Source of the DNA: Chiloscyllium plagiosum | Taxonomy: Eukaryota | Assembly (NCBI RefSeq): GCF_004010195.1 | Contig: NC_057750.1 | Location: 1,710,606 to 1,774,605 of the forward strand | DNA: 64,000 nucleotides | Reading direction: 5' to 3' | Shown here: positions 1-13,680 of the stretch, piece after piece | Layout of the letters: the number at the start of each line of letters is the position of its first letter | Numbering within the stretch: position 1 is the first letter of the stretch | The notes under the pieces: model-generated | Seen by the model: the letters and a program-made list of their open reading frames with translations, nothing else | Database searches by the model: none | Told to the model about the DNA's origin: nothing | Program-made: the position numbers and the translations under genes

Positions 1-1610
1 CTGTGGGTGTACCTATACTGTACTGTGGGTGTACCTATACTGTACTGTGGGTGTACCTATACTGTACTGTGGGTGTACCTATACTGTACTGTGGGTGTAC
101 CTATACTGTACTGTGGGTGTACCTATACTGTACTGTGGGTGTACCTATACTGTACTGTGGGTGTACCTATACTGTACTGTGGGTGTACCTATACTGTACT
201 GTGGGTGTACCTATACTGTACTGTGGGTGTACCTATACTGTACTGTGGGTGTACCTATACTGTACTGTGGGTGTACCTATACTGTACTGTGGGTGTACCT
301 ATACTGTACTGTGGGTGTACCTATACTGTACTGTGGGTGTACCTATACTGTACTGTGGGTGTACCTATACTGTACTGTGGGTGTACCTATACTGTACTGT
401 GGGTGTACCTATACTGTACTGTGGGTGTACCTATACTGTACTGTGGGTGTACCTATACTGTACTGTGGGTGTACCTATACTGTACTGTGGGTGTACCTAT
501 ACTGTACTGTGGGTGTACCTATACTGTACTGTGGGTGTACCTATACTGTACTGTGGGTGTACCTATACTGTACTGTGGGTGTACCTATACTGTACTGTGG
601 GTGTACCTATACTGTACTGTGGGTGTACCTATACTGTGCTGTGGGTGTACCTATACTGTATTGTGGTGTTCCTATACTGTACTGTGTGTATCTATGCTGT
701 GCTGCGGGTATACTGAAACTGTACTGTGAGTGAATCTATACTGTACTGTGAGTGAATCTATACTGTACTGTGAGTGAATCTATACTGTACTGTGAGTGAA
801 TCTATACTGTACTGTGAGTGAATCTATACTGTACTGTGAGTGAATCTATACTGTACTGTGAGTGAATCTATACTGTACTGTGAGTGAATCTATACTGTAC
901 TGTGAGTGAATCTATACTGTACTGTGAGTGAATCTATACTGTACTGTGAGTGAATCTATACTGTACTGTGAGTGAATCTATACTGTACTGTGAGTTCCTA
1001 TACTGCGCTGTGGGTGTACCTATACTGTGCTGTGGGTGTACCTATACTGTACTGTGGGTGTACCTATACTGTACTGTGGGTGTTCCTATACTGCGCTGTG
1101 GGTGTACCTATACTGTACTGTGGGTGTACCTATACTGTGCTGTGGGTGTACCTATACTGTACTGTGGGTGTACCTATACTGTGCTGTGGGTGTACCTATA
1201 CTGTATTGTGGTGTTCCTATACTGTACTGTGTGTATCTATGCTGTGCTGCGGGTATACTGAAACTGTACTGTGAGTGAATCTATACTGTACTGTGAGTGA
1301 ATCTATACTGTACTGTGTGTACCTATACTGTACTGTGAGTGTTCCTATACTGCACTGTGAGTGTTCCTATACTGCACTGTGAGTGTACTGAAACTGTACT
1401 GTGGGTGTTCCTATACTGTACTGTGGGTGTACTGAAACTGTACTGAGAGTGTATCTATACTGTACTGTGAGTGAATCTATACTGTACTGTGAGTGTATCT
1501 AACTGTGCTGTGAGTGTACCTATACTGTACTGAGAGTGTACCTATACTGTGCTGTGAGTATATCTATACTGTGCTGTGAGTATATCTATACTGTGCTGTG
1601 AGTGTACCAT
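1..1610. repeat. 22-bp tandem satellite (CTGTGGGTGTACCTATACTGTA; variant CTGTGAGTGAATCTATACTGTA)
   Basis: Directly visible tandem units running off the window start. Explains the Y/C/V-rich ORFs at 3-1278. Confidence 0.98.
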
Positions 1611-1795
1611 ATTGCATGGATATTCACAGTTTGAGAAGGCAGCTCACCACCACCTTCCCCAAGGGTGACTAGGGACGGGCAGCAAATGCCTACCTTGCCA
1701 GCAATGCCCACGTCCCATGAATGAAAGCCCAGAAACAGCTTTTTTGGGGTTAGAACTCCAGATGAATGAAGGATGGGAACATCGACTAGGGCCCA

Positions 1796-1852
1796 CTGAT
1801 GGTGGAAAAGGAACCTGCTGATGGTGGAAAAGGAACCTGCTGATGTTGGAAA
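1796..1852. repeat. Short 22-bp tandem repeat (CTGATGGTGGAAAAGGAACCTG, ~2.5 copies)
   Basis: Direct inspection. Confidence 0.85.
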
Positions 1853-2584
1853 CACACAAAGGATCAAAGGAAGGAAAGTGGAAAAATGCCAAACGTATCA
1901 AACTTTGACAGGGTATCATCCCGCCCTGAAGTGAAAACCATGGCAGGCCCCTATTGTGAGCCTTTGTGCTTTATGTTTGTTGATAAGACCCATCAGGGAG
2001 GAGTGGGTGGTGCAGGAAGATGAGAGAGTTACACTGAGGAACCTGACATCAGAGAAAATTACAGTCATTATCCCAGAGGGGTCCCAGCATTAGCTGAAGC
2101 AGTAATCCACGTCTGGCTTCACCAACTCTCCACCCAAGCATGGTTCAAAGAGGGAAATGCAACTAGTGTATCTCAAGTTCCTGGGAATTCTTCCAAAACG
2201 CTATACTTTTTCGTCAGTCCATCTCTGATGGTACAAGGTTCCTGAACACTGTGATTTTATTCTCAATCTTTACCTGCCATTTTAATGGCAGCTCTTGCAT
2301 TCTCTTTAGAGGGTTCCTACTGAGTTACTTACATTGTTGTGAAATATAGAAACATAGAAAATAGGAGCAGGAGTAGGCCATTCGGCCCTTCGAGTCTACT
2401 CCACTAATCACTATGATCATGGCTGACCATTCAACTCAGTCCCCTGATCTTATGTTCTCCCGATGCCCTGTGATCCCTTTAGCCCTCAGAACTATATCTA
2501 ATTCCTTCTTGGAAACATTTCATGCTTTGGCTTTTCTGTGGTAGTGAATTGCACAGGCTCCCCACTTTCTGGGTGAAGACATTT

Positions 2585-3112
2585 GGATGGTTAGCACTGC
2601 TGCCTCCCAGCACCAGGGACCCGGGTTCAATTCCAGCCTCGGACGACCGTCTGTGTGGAGTTTGCGCATTCTCCCCGTGTCTGCGTGGGTTTCCTCCAGG
2701 TGCTCTGGTTTCCTCCCACAAATACAAAAATGCGCAGGTTAGGTGAATTGGCCACACTACATTGCTCATCGTGTTCAATAGATCACAGAATTCCTAAAGG
2801 GTGGAATCAGGCCATTTGACCCACTGAGTCCATACTAACCCACCAAAGAGTATCCCACCCAGATCCTGCCCTATCCCTGTAACCCTACATTTCCCATGGC
2901 TAACCCACATTCCCTGGACACTATGGGCTATTTTCCATGGCCAATCCAACCTAACCTCCCCATCTTTGGACTGTGGGAGGAAACCAGAGCACCCGGAGGA
3001 AACCCATGCAGACACAGGGGAGAATGTACTACAAACAGTCGCCTGAGGGTGGGATCGAACCCAGGTCCCTGGTGCTGTGACGTAGCAGTGCTAACCACTG
3101 AGATACTGTGCT
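2585..3112. mobile_element. Two tRNA-derived HE1/V-SINE-like SINEs, tail-to-tail (+ 2585-2775, - 2785-3112)
   Basis: TGGTTAGCACTGCTGCCTC...GGTTCAATTCC head and TGTGTGGAGTTTGC..ATTCTCCCCGTGTCTGCGTGGGTTTCC V-domain core, present in both orientations. Confidence 0.85.
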
Positions 3113-3510
3113 GACCTAAATCTCATCTCTTAGAATTTTCCATTCTTTCTTACTGGAATGTATATTTTCCAAACATTATAAGATATAACCTTAATGTCCG
3201 ACATTATATTTCTACTGACCTAACTCTTAACCTATTTTCTTGTTCACTTTAGGCAACTCAGTTCTAAAATGGTTTCTTAGGAGCTTCTTACCAGCTCACA
3301 CTAGGCTTCCAAATTACTTTTAAACAGTATTTACAAATATTCTGTATGTGGTGATAAAGCTATAGAGCAACATATACTATACAGGTTCCAAGCTCCTGGC
3401 AGAGATCAGCACATAAATTCATTTACATATTCATTGAACCCTATTTCTACATTGCCTCTTAGACACTTTCTTGGTTTCCAACATCATTCACTAAAAGTAA
3501 AAGAACCTCA

Positions 3511-3861
3511 CTGGTGAGGCCTGGTGAGGCCTGGTGAAAACTGGTGAGGCTTGGTGAGGCCTGGTGAGGCCTGGTGAGGCCTGGTGAGGCCTGGTGAAGC
3601 TTGGTGAGGCCTGGTGAAACCTGGTGAAGCTAGGTAAGGGCTGGTGAAGCCTGGTGAGGCTTGGTGAAACCTGGTGAGGCTTGGTGAGGCCTGGTGAGGC
3701 TTGGTGAGGCCTGGTGAAGCTAGGTAAGGGCTGGTGAGGCCTGGTGAGGCCTGGTGAGGCCTGGTGAGGCCTGGTGAGGCCTGGTGAGGGCTGGTGAGGC
3801 CTGGTGAAGCCTGGTGAAGCCTGGTGAGGCCTGGTGAGGCCTGGTGAGGCCTGGTGAGGCT
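3511..3861. repeat. 10-bp minisatellite (CTGGTGAGGC)n
   Basis: ~35 tandem units. Confidence 0.97.
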
Positions 3862-5334
3862 GAGAGTGAAGGAGTACCACAGTGGTGACAGCGAAAGGAA
3901 ATCTGGAGGCTTCTCTGTCATATTCTCAAGTCCTGGACATGAATGTAGGGGCTACATTCTCAATGGAACAAACTTGTTTCTTTATTAGTGCGCAGACCCC
4001 TCAGGTCACTCTGAAACTGGATGCCCGTGTGCTAACATGCTGAGTGATGTGAGCAAAAACTCCGAGGAACCTTGGAGCAGTTGAGTGTGTGTAAGGGAGA
4101 GTTCAGAAGGGGATTAGAGTTTTATTTATTAGTGTTAAACACTGACACTTTATAACAGTGTAACTAGAGTTTCATTAAATAGTGATTCTTCTTTAGTTCA
4201 GAAACCCAGTTCATGTTTTCTATCAACCTGGGTCGAAATGTCAAGTACATTGAGGAACTTGGTGTACTTTTTAAAACCATTCGCTTTTGTGTCTACTCTG
4301 GAAATAGAGGGGTTGAGTTTCCAGGGCACTATTCAAGTGAGTCGCAATAAATATGCCCAGAGGCTCCTCTCCACAATCTCCAACTCCATACACCTTTGTT
4401 TACATTTAAAAACACTAGTCTTAGATTGAATAGTTATTATCAAAAGGAATTGAATGTTTACCCAAAGGAGAACATTATCGGGCTCTGTGTAAGGATTAGG
4501 GAGATGGGTAAGACTGATTGAGTGGCTCTTTCAAATCCCAGCACAGACATGCTGGGCTGAATGGACTCTTTCTGCGCTGTATCACCCTTGCAGTCTCCAA
4601 TCTGGCCAGAATGCACCGTGTGCTATCACCAGGAGCATGTTCCATGGAGGTTTGAAGGACTAGGGGAGTTTGAGTCAAGGTGAAAGCTGACCCCTGACCC
4701 CAGGGAGAGGTGATAGTGATGGCTCCGACCTCACTGAAATGGAATCTCGGTGTCCGGGGCTGAGGGAGGATGGGCAGCGAGAGGGTTAATCAGATCAAGG
4801 GGTTGGATTTACATCAAAATGCCAATGTGGAAAAGGCAGCAGAGGGAAATATCGAAATGCTGAAGGAAGCAGAGATTGGAGAGTGTTCACATCTGGCTGG
4901 TCATTCATTCTGAAATCAGACAGAAGGGAAACTATCATTAATTCATTATCCATCACCCAACTGTCCCCTGATCAGCGAGCTCCTTGTTTGTGGTGGGATT
5001 TCCTCAGTGCTTTCACAGACCTTCTTCCTCTGGTGTATTGTTTTACCAAACTAATCTGTTGGTTGACAATTTTTAATTATTCTGTTGAAATACGCTATCA
5101 TGCTCACCTCGGGCTGAACAGAGGTCATTATCTCAAACTAACATTTACAAATTACAGTAACAAGGAGCACAGAAAAATTATCAACATTATTAAAACGTGA
5201 TGGAAGTTGTGTGTAAGTTGAGATGCTATGTATGGTTTGATTAACCTTCACAAGGTATCACTGCACACATTCTCTCAGAAATGTAGCTGGCAATCTGCTC
5301 TGTGATTCTTTACAAATGTGCACTGCACCCTCTC

Positions 5335-5520
5335 ACTTCTCCCTGTCTCCCCATCTTCCTGTCTCTCCATCTCCCCATCTTCCTGTCTCTCCATCTCCCC
5401 TTCTCCCCGTCTCCCCGTCTCCCCTTCTCCCCGTCTCCCCTTCTCCCCGTCTCCCCATCTCCCCTGATCCCCTGATCCCCTTCTCCCTGATCCCCTGTCT
5501 CCCCGTCTTCCTGTTTCTCC
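5335..5520. repeat. CT-rich low-complexity repeat (TCTCCCC-based)
   Basis: Direct inspection. Confidence 0.85.
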
Positions 5521-6584
5521 TTGACCTTTGGTACACAATGCTCCCTGACTCTCGCACTTTCTGTCTCTCCATGCCTTACCTTAATTCCAGCTTCATCCTC
5601 TCACTCTCTCTCTCCCCTTCTGTCTCAATCCCCCCCCACCCCGTCTCTCTCTTCCTCTATCTTTCTCTTTCTCTCTGTGCCTCCCATCAGTGTTAGGCAT
5701 CGAGTACTCAAAGGGTGAGTACTGGGGGTAAGGAATAAGGGAAAATCCTGAGCTTTCTGTCCATTTTGGACCTTTCCTACTGGCAGTGGTTTGGAGGTTC
5801 CACCCCCCCTCTGCCTCACACCAACACTATGAAGCTGTGTCTCTGCCTGGGAGCAGCGGTTTGATGGTATACATTGTTTTATCAGCAGCAGGAGAGCAGA
5901 ATCTCACTTTGAGATGCTGTGTTTATACCAGTCTTGCTGAGATAAGATTATCTGACCTCAGTCTATGTGAAGTATAACTCTGGGAGATGTTCACATCACA
6001 GAATATAGTGAACACTAATGCAAACACCATCCTCTATTTGCAGCATCCCAACATCAGCTCAGTTCATACATTCGATAAATACTTTCCACTTGAAGTCAAT
6101 TGGGCTTTTAATGGGTGAGAATCTGCCTGTAATGAATCAGCCAATTGTCTCACTATTATCTTATCAAGAGAATATTTAGTGAATACTGTAGGCTTGCCAC
6201 TGTATCGTTGTACTGAACATGCTTAGCACCTTTTTCCCAATGTTTGCTGAACATCAGCAATGAAACTCAATCGCTGCTGCACACTCATCATGAATCAGGG
6301 GTTGCATAGCAACCAGAGTGGAGCAACAGGCCTGTTCTGGGCCTGCAACCCAGAGGCTGATGGAGTAAAACCATTCCCAGCTGTTAGCATATTCTCATTG
6401 TCATTGGGAGCATGCATGGCCTGATCTTGGGAACATTATTCTGCACATGGTGTGGAGGTAGCTGTCACAGCTACCTGGTGAAGAAGCAGCACTCTGAAAG
6501 CTAGCGCTTCCAAATAAACCTGATGGACTATAACCAGGTGTTGTGTGATTTTTAACTTTATTCTGCACGTGGCATCTTTGTTCC

Positions 6585-6657
6585 ATTTCTGTCGTGTAGT
6601 GGTTATCGCATCCATTTTACACATGGACGGGCCCTGGTTCAAAACCAAGCAGAAAGA
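6585..6657 (+). pseudogene. Degenerate tRNA-Val(TAC)-like sequence (pseudo-tRNA or SINE head)
   Basis: Colinear with vertebrate tRNA-Val: GTGTAGTGGTTATC A-box, anticodon arm TCCAT-TTTACAC-ATGGA, GGTTCAAAACC B-box. Mismatches in acceptor and T stems. Confidence 0.7.
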
Positions 6658-6810
6658 TTTATAAGAATTTCTTGTTGTGCACTGGTAGTGTCCCCACCTC
6701 TGTGACAGGAGGCCTGGGTTCAAGTCGCACTGCTGCAGAATTGTTTCTCTGAAAAGGTTGATTAAAAACTAAAGCCCTTATCAGTTCGATCTATTCGAAT
6801 GGTCCTAGTT

Positions 6811-7040
6811 TGTAGTGATTGTAATGAGATCAGCCCCAGGTGGACCTCATAGAATCTGAGTTCCCTGATTAGGGTTGTTAACCTAGTCCAATCAGGGAGC
6901 CCTGGCTGACAGATATAAACAGGAGGGTCAGGTGTTCTGCTCACTCTGAGAGCTGGCTCTGAGGGAGCTGAGTCAGGGTCAAGGACTCTCCGCGTGTAAG
7001 TAAAGGGGGATGGGATACTGGCCTGTATGGAGTCGTTTCA
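6811..7040 (+). mobile_element. Solo LTR-like element (TG...CA), copy 1
   Basis: TGTAGTGATTGTAA...TTTCA with internal CCAAT and TATAAA. Clearly homologous to 50483-50704. Confidence 0.65.
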
Positions 7041-7889
7041 CTGGTCCAACATAGTCATCTTTCATTTTAGTAAAATACAGAAGGAGCAAAGACATTGCTC
7101 AGCTACTCAGTACTCACCCTGCTACCATTTGACTTGTCGGTGAACTCTGGTGACACCAGCTTAGCAAGGAGAAAAGACAACCTTGCATTTCTGTAGTGCC
7201 TATCACAGCCTCAGGAGGTCCACAGCACTTTACAGCCAATGAAGTCAATTCTTTGAAGGGTAACTATTCCAGCAGGCAAGCTGCATTCTGCAACCTCCCA
7301 AAAATAGCATTGAAACACTGCACGGGGCCTCCCAGTCCAGAGTACATCTCAGATCTTCACTCTTGAGCCATGCCCCACCCATGCCAACCCATGCAACCTA
7401 ACATTCTCTATCCATCCCTTAGGCCCCTATACACCAATGCTAATAGGCTTGCTCACCCTCTTCATCCACCCACACAAACTCTGCGAATATTGACAGATAC
7501 CCATGTACATGGGAAATCTTTATAAAAACTAGGAGCAGGAGGAGGCCATTCAGCCCTTTGAGCCTGCTCCACCATTCACTAGAATCGTGATCGATCATCC
7601 AGCTCAGTCCCCCATTCTCCTTTCTCCCCACACACTTCCCTTTAGCCGAAGAACGACATCTACCTCCATCTTGAAAACATTCAATGTCTTGGCCTCAACC
7701 CCTTTCTGTGATGAAGAATTCCCCAGGCTCCCCCACTCTCTGGGGACAGGCATTTCTCTTTGTTTCACCTAATTCTGCTTGATTTGTTTCTATGTTAACA
7801 ATGATACTTTATCAAGGAAAACACCCTCATTCACAAACATCCATTCCAATGTGTGGGTGACAGGTTTTCACTAGTTGGACAGCGTTTTG

Positions 7890-8215
7890 TTCTTCATTCA
7901 CGGGATGAGGGTGTCTCTGTCTAGACCAGCATTTACAGTCCATCCCTAATTACCCAGAGGGCAGTTAAGAGTCAACCCCATTGCTGTGGGTGTGGAGTCA
8001 CATGTAGTCCAGGTCAGGTAAGGATGGCAGTTTCCTTCCCTGAAGGACATTAGTGACCCAGATGAGATCTTCCTGACAATTGACAATGGATTTGTGGTCT
8101 CAGTTTCAAACTGAATTCAATTTCTGCCATGGTGGGATTTGAACCTGGGTCCCTAGAACATTACCTGGGTCTCTGAATTAACAGTCCAGTGATAATGCCT
8201 CTTGGCCATTGCCTC
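7890..8215 (-). mobile_element. SacSINE/DeuSINE-like SINE (further copies ~34070-34350, 44930-45235, 47560-47860)
   Basis: Shared block GAGGGCAGTTAAGAGTCAAC..TGCTGTGGGT.TGGAGTCACATGTAG.CCAG at several loci; tRNA-like head at one end. Confidence 0.7.
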
Positions 8216-9216
8216 TGCCAGGTTCCAAGCGTTTGTGCACCTGTTTCCACACATCTCCTCATCAATTACCAGTGGAAGGCAATGGTCCTACTGGTATTAT
8301 CCTGAACTGTTAATCCAGGTAATGACCAGGCACCCAGATTCAAATTTCAATCAAATAAAGATATGGAATTAAGAATCTAATGATGACCATGAATCTGTCA
8401 TTGATTGAAACCTATTGGGTGACGAAATCCCTTTTGATTAAGAAACTGCCAACCTTTCCTACACTATGGTATGAAGGAGAAAGGAAGAGACAGAGCGAGA
8501 TGGTGATGGAGACTCATGTGGAGCAGAACCACCAACATGGAGCAGATGGGCAGAATGATCTCTTGATTCTACATAGCGCACAACATCCATGGATCCCAGT
8601 GATGAGATTGATCAGAACTGCGTTTGAGTGTTAGGAGAGGTGAACATGAGAGAAAAAGGCAGACGGAAAAAGCACATGAGATTTGGGAGTGAACCTTGCG
8701 CTTCCCAGGACGAGAATTCTGCTAAATCTGCATTTCATCTCCCACACAGAGAACGATCCGGAGAGAGGATCTGGAGAATTCCAGTCAAGGCCACCCTGGG
8801 ATAAACCACCATTTTCAAACAAGCAAGCACTGATGAAGAAATTACAAAGAAAATCAATTTGCAGCTTCTTTAAAAATAAAATTTATCTTCATTGCCAATA
8901 AGCTGCTAATGAACTGAGAGAGACAGGTAATCAGAGCCCAGCAGGGTTTGTCATCCCACTGCACAGTTTAATCCTGCCCTTGCTGTTTCTCAGCTTGTCT
9001 AGGTTATTGCTTATTACAGCGTGGCTGCGAAACTCTGTACAATCACAGAGAAACCGGACTGACTGGCTTCCAACTGATCTCCTGCGTCAAAATCACTCAA
9101 ATAAAGAGACACCCCATTCTGAGCTTTCTCATGATCCCTGATCACATTCCTCATCAGTAGCGATAGAATTGAAGAGTCAAACTTGTTATGGCACAAATGC
9201 ATCCTAACCAGACTTT

Positions 9217-10668
9217 AGAACATACAACATAGAACATTACAGCGCAGTACAGGCCCTTCAGCCCTCGATGTTCTGCCAACCTGTGAAACCAATCTGAAGC
9301 CCATCTAACCTACACTATTTCATCTTCGTCCATATGTTTATCCAATGACCATTTAAATGCCCTTAAAGTTGGCGAGTCTATACTGTTGCAGGCAGGATGT
9401 TCCACACCCCTACTACTCTCTGAGTAAAGAACCAACTCTGACATCCGTCCTATATCTATCACCCCTCAGTTTAAAGCTATGTCCCCTTGTGCTAGCCATC
9501 ACCATCCGAAGAAAAAGGATCTCACTGTCCACCCTATCTAACCTTCTGATTATCTTGTACGTCTCTATTACGTCACCTCTCAACCTTCTTCTCTCTAACG
9601 AAAACAGACTCAAGTTCCTCAGCCTTTCTTCATAAGACCTTCCCTCCATACCAGGCAACATCCTGGTAAATCTCCTCTGAACTCTTTCCAAAGCTTCCAC
9701 ATCCTTCCTATAATGCGGTGACCAGAACCATACGTAATACTCCAAGTGCGGCCACACCAGAGATTTGTGTGCTGCAGCATGACTTCATGCTTCCAAGACT
9801 CAATCCCTCTACCAATAAAAGCTAACACACTGTATGCCTTCTTAACAACCCTATCAACCTGGCTAGCAACTTTGAGGGATCTATGTACATGGACACCAAA
9901 ACTCTCTGATCATCTACACTACCAAGTATCTTACCACGCACCCAGTACTCTGCATTCCTGTTAATCCTTCCAAAGAGAATCACCTTACACTTTTCTGCAT
10001 TAAACTCCATTTGCCACCCTTCAGCCCAGCTCTGCAGCTTATCTAAGTCTCTCTGTAACCTGCAACATCCTTCAGCACTATCCACAACTCCATCGATCTT
10101 AGTGTCATCTGCAAGTTTACTAACCCATCTTTCTACGCCTTCATCCAGGTCATTTGTAAAAAAAATGACAAACAGCAGTGGCCCCAAAACACTTCTTTGT
10201 GGTGCACCACCAGTAACTGAACTCTAGATGAATACTTCCCATCAACCAACACCCTCTCCCTTCTTTCAGCTCGCCAATTTCTGATCCAAACCTCTAAATC
10301 ACCCTCAATCCCATGCTTTCCATATTTTGTGCAATAGCCTACCGTGAGGAACCTTATCAAATGCCTTACTAAAATCCATATATGCCACACCTACCACTTT
10401 ACCCTCATCCACCTGTTTGATCACCTTCTCAAAGAACTCAATAAGGTTTGAGAGGCATGACCTAACCTTCACAAGACCGTTTTGACTATCCCTAATCAAC
10501 TTATTCCTGTTGAGATAATTATAAATCCTATCTCTTATAACCTTTTCCAACACTTTACCTACAACCAAAGTAAGGCTCACTGGTCTATAATTACCAAGGT
10601 TCTCTCTACTCCCCTTCTTGAACAAGGGGACATTTGCTGTCCTCCAATCTTCTGCCACTATTCCTGTA
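9217..10668 (-). mobile_element. 5'-truncated CR1 LINE (RT and 3' end), frameshifted
   Basis: ORF fragments NYRPVSLT, YMDFSKAFDKVPH, LGPLLFVI, KLADDTK, RRRLRGD; short tandem-repeat 3' tail. Confidence 0.95.
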
Positions 10669-13299
10669 CACAAACTTTTCGAATAACAAATCCCAATTTT
10701 TGTGAGTAATTAATTCCAGAGACTGTTTTTCTATCTTGAATAAAAGACTTCACAATTTATTAAATAAACATTAACTTTATCAGAACAAAATTGAACATGA
10801 TGGTGAGCTGACTAATGTCCTTGCCTTAAACCCGAAAAATGCTTTCAATCCCCATTCATGGAAAAGACAGACAGACAAATAGACAGACATATACAGTTAA
10901 GGGATAAATAGAATAAAATAACAAAATTGGCCTGATTAGTTACATTTCACAATGGCTCAATCCCACAGAATCTCCTTTTTTCTCATATTTCTCAATCCCT
11001 CTTAATCACCTTTCTCTATATCCCAGGCAGGGATGTGGACTCCTCCATTGCTTTTCTGGAATTGTCCATCAGGTTCACTTTCTCATTTCACTCGGGTACA
11101 CAGAGTAATATTGCTAACTCAGCTTTCTACTCACTGGGCTTTCCGAAGCTGGGGTGGAAGATGCGGCAGGAAGCTTTCAAATCTTCACACTTCAAATCTT
11201 CAAATCGTCAGCAACCAAACGTATTCCCTCCAGAAAACACAGTTGGCAAAAAAACTAACTTCAACTCTGATTCCACCCTCAGAGACTGACAATGACTTCC
11301 CAATGCCTCAACTACCATTCGACATCTGCTTGAATATGACAGACTTGCTGGAACCAATTCCCAGGTAATGACCTTGTTAATGGCCAACCTCTGCTATTGG
11401 TTTATGCACAACTCTTGGGGACCACCATGTCTGTAAGAATCCTTTTCATCAATAATCAGGCTTCAATTAACATCCAGAAGGCCCCAAAAACAAACAGAAC
11501 TTTTTTTGGTCTGTTCTTTCTCTTTAACCACAAAGTTTCACAAAGTTCCCATCATCTTAAGCTCCAACCTAATAAAAGAATTGCAATTAACACAATGAAA
11601 AGTCAACAAATGAGGTGGAGGTGGGAGAATGTGGTGAGACAGTGAGGAGTAAAGAACAAACTGAGGATGTGGTGGAATGGAGAGAAGATAAATAAGGAGA
11701 ATTGTAAGAGATTATAAGAAGGTCCCTACGATATTTGGTAAGAAGGTCAAAGGGTGGGATTGATGGATAGTTTTACATTCTAGCCAAATCCCTATCTGTG
11801 CCACTGTAATTAATCCAGCAGAGGGTGAACAACAACTTTGGAAAGCTACATCCTTCACTCAAAAGTAAGCACCTTAACTAAAAATAGAACATGGAGCAGA
11901 TTTAAATCATATTGTGTCGATGAGGGGCTGAATCTCCAATAAACCAGATTCTACTCAAGGACTGTGAAAGCTGGACGGATTTTATAAATAGCTGTGCAAG
12001 AACAAGTCGGATTTCCTTTTGCCCATGGTATATCCTCAATCTTGACAGACACTGCATACAACAATCTGCCCTGGCTAAGTAAGCAAAGTTGAACAAACTG
12101 CCCAATGACTTCATTTCAAATCTCTTTGATCTCAATGTTGGTTCATCAACTCCTGTTGGGGATCAATGCGGATTTTCAAACCGCCCAAAGGGAATGGTTT
12201 ACTCCCCAGCCGCAACCTACAATCAACTCCTTCATCCCAATGTGGTGATAAATCCCCTCCCTGTCAGCATTGGCCCCTGTTCAATGGCCAGCTTTGACAT
12301 CCTCAATAACTGAGCTTCACAATGAAAGCCAGGAGGGGCTATCTCTCCCACTCAGACAGCAGGGACCAGTGCAGTGAGACGGGACAAAGAGGTTTCTAGA
12401 CATTTTCTAACTGACTTATTAGGACCCATCTCTGGAGTAGGTGAGGGTTGAACTCAGGCCTCCTGTCTCAGAGGTGCAGACATTACCACTGCACACAGCC
12501 CTGTGGAATAATCTATACAGCACACTGTGTAATGGACAGCAACACGTGCCACATTTAGTCACACGAGTGAAACATGTAACATGCTTGCAAGGCCACACCC
12601 CACGTTGGTGGCCGGGTCTGTAATGTTGATTGTTATTACTCTCAGGTACTGAATTAAACATTTTAATTCCGTGACCGATATTTTAAAATGGTGTCAAGGA
12701 TTTCCATGTGGGTGCACAGCACCACCAAGTGGCAGTGTCTGAGATTTGTACCAATGATCTCTCACTCGAACAACTGACCCAGAGTATGGGAGGCCTGTGG
12801 GGGAGACAGGAATCCAGGGGTCAGTGATTGTGAGAGAGGGCGGAATCCACTTAGAGCAAGTGGGTAGCACTGTAGCAACAACAACCTCCATTTATATAGC
12901 TCCCTTAATATGACCAAAAGTTAAAAATGACACAACAGCAGGTTATAATCCAACAGGTTTACTTGGAAGTACAAGCCCTTTAAGCGCTGCTCCTTTGTCA
13001 GATAGCTACTCAAAAGCCCGAAGGTCACTGCACAGGAACCTTTCCAGACAAAGTTTGACACTGAACCACATGAGATTCTTTATTGGGAGTTGGAGAGAAA
13101 TAACCCAAATTGTCAAAATTTGGCTGGTTTCAAGCAGGAGGGGAGGGGGGTTGGTTGGCAGAGGTTAAGCGGCTGGGAGATGGATTTCTGAAGCTGTAGT
13201 GACTGAAGGCATGGTCCCCAGTGTCGGAATGATTACAGTTGGGAAAGGACAAGAAAGCGGAATTGGGGGAGTATAAGTCAGAGTCTGTGAATCCTGCAG

Positions 13300-13680
13300 C
13301 GAGTAACTCCCCTCCCAACTCCCCACTGAAGCTTGTCCACCATCTACAAGGCACAAGTCAGGAGTGTGATGGAATACTCTCCACTTGCCCTGGATCGGGG
13401 CAGCTCCAACAACACTCAAGAAGCTCAACACCATCCAGGACGAAGCAGCTCCTGTTTGATTGGCACCACATCCACTACCTTCAGCACCATTCTCTTCGAA
13501 GCTGATGCATAGTAACTATAATGTGAAGGGCACTTTCTAACAGCGCTGTGAGGGTTTCTATTCTCTCCAAAGGTCAATGGCAGTTCAAAATGGCAGCTCA
13601 CCACTACCACCTTCTCAAGGGAAAGGAGAAATAGGCCACATATATGCTGACCCAGTGGACAATGCCCACGTCCCCTGAAC
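13300..13680 (+). mobile_element. 3' fragment of a CR1/L2-group LINE (same family as 31003-34065)
   Basis: Nucleotide similarity to the reverse complement of ~31000-31560 (CATCTACAAGGCACAAGTC, GGCAGCTCACCAC). Confidence 0.7.

Noticed and set aside
3..1278. Long Cys/Tyr/Val-rich ORFs
   Set aside because: All three frames are open only because the 22-bp satellite lacks stop codons.
3491..3921. SPGLTRPHQA repeat ORFs
   Set aside because: Translation of the 10-bp minisatellite.
7118..7159. 42-nt minus-strand exon-like segment (AG...GTGAGT), possibly an LRFN1 5' UTR exon
   Set aside because: It is isolated, abuts an old SINE tail, has no recognisable peptide and no supportable partner exon.
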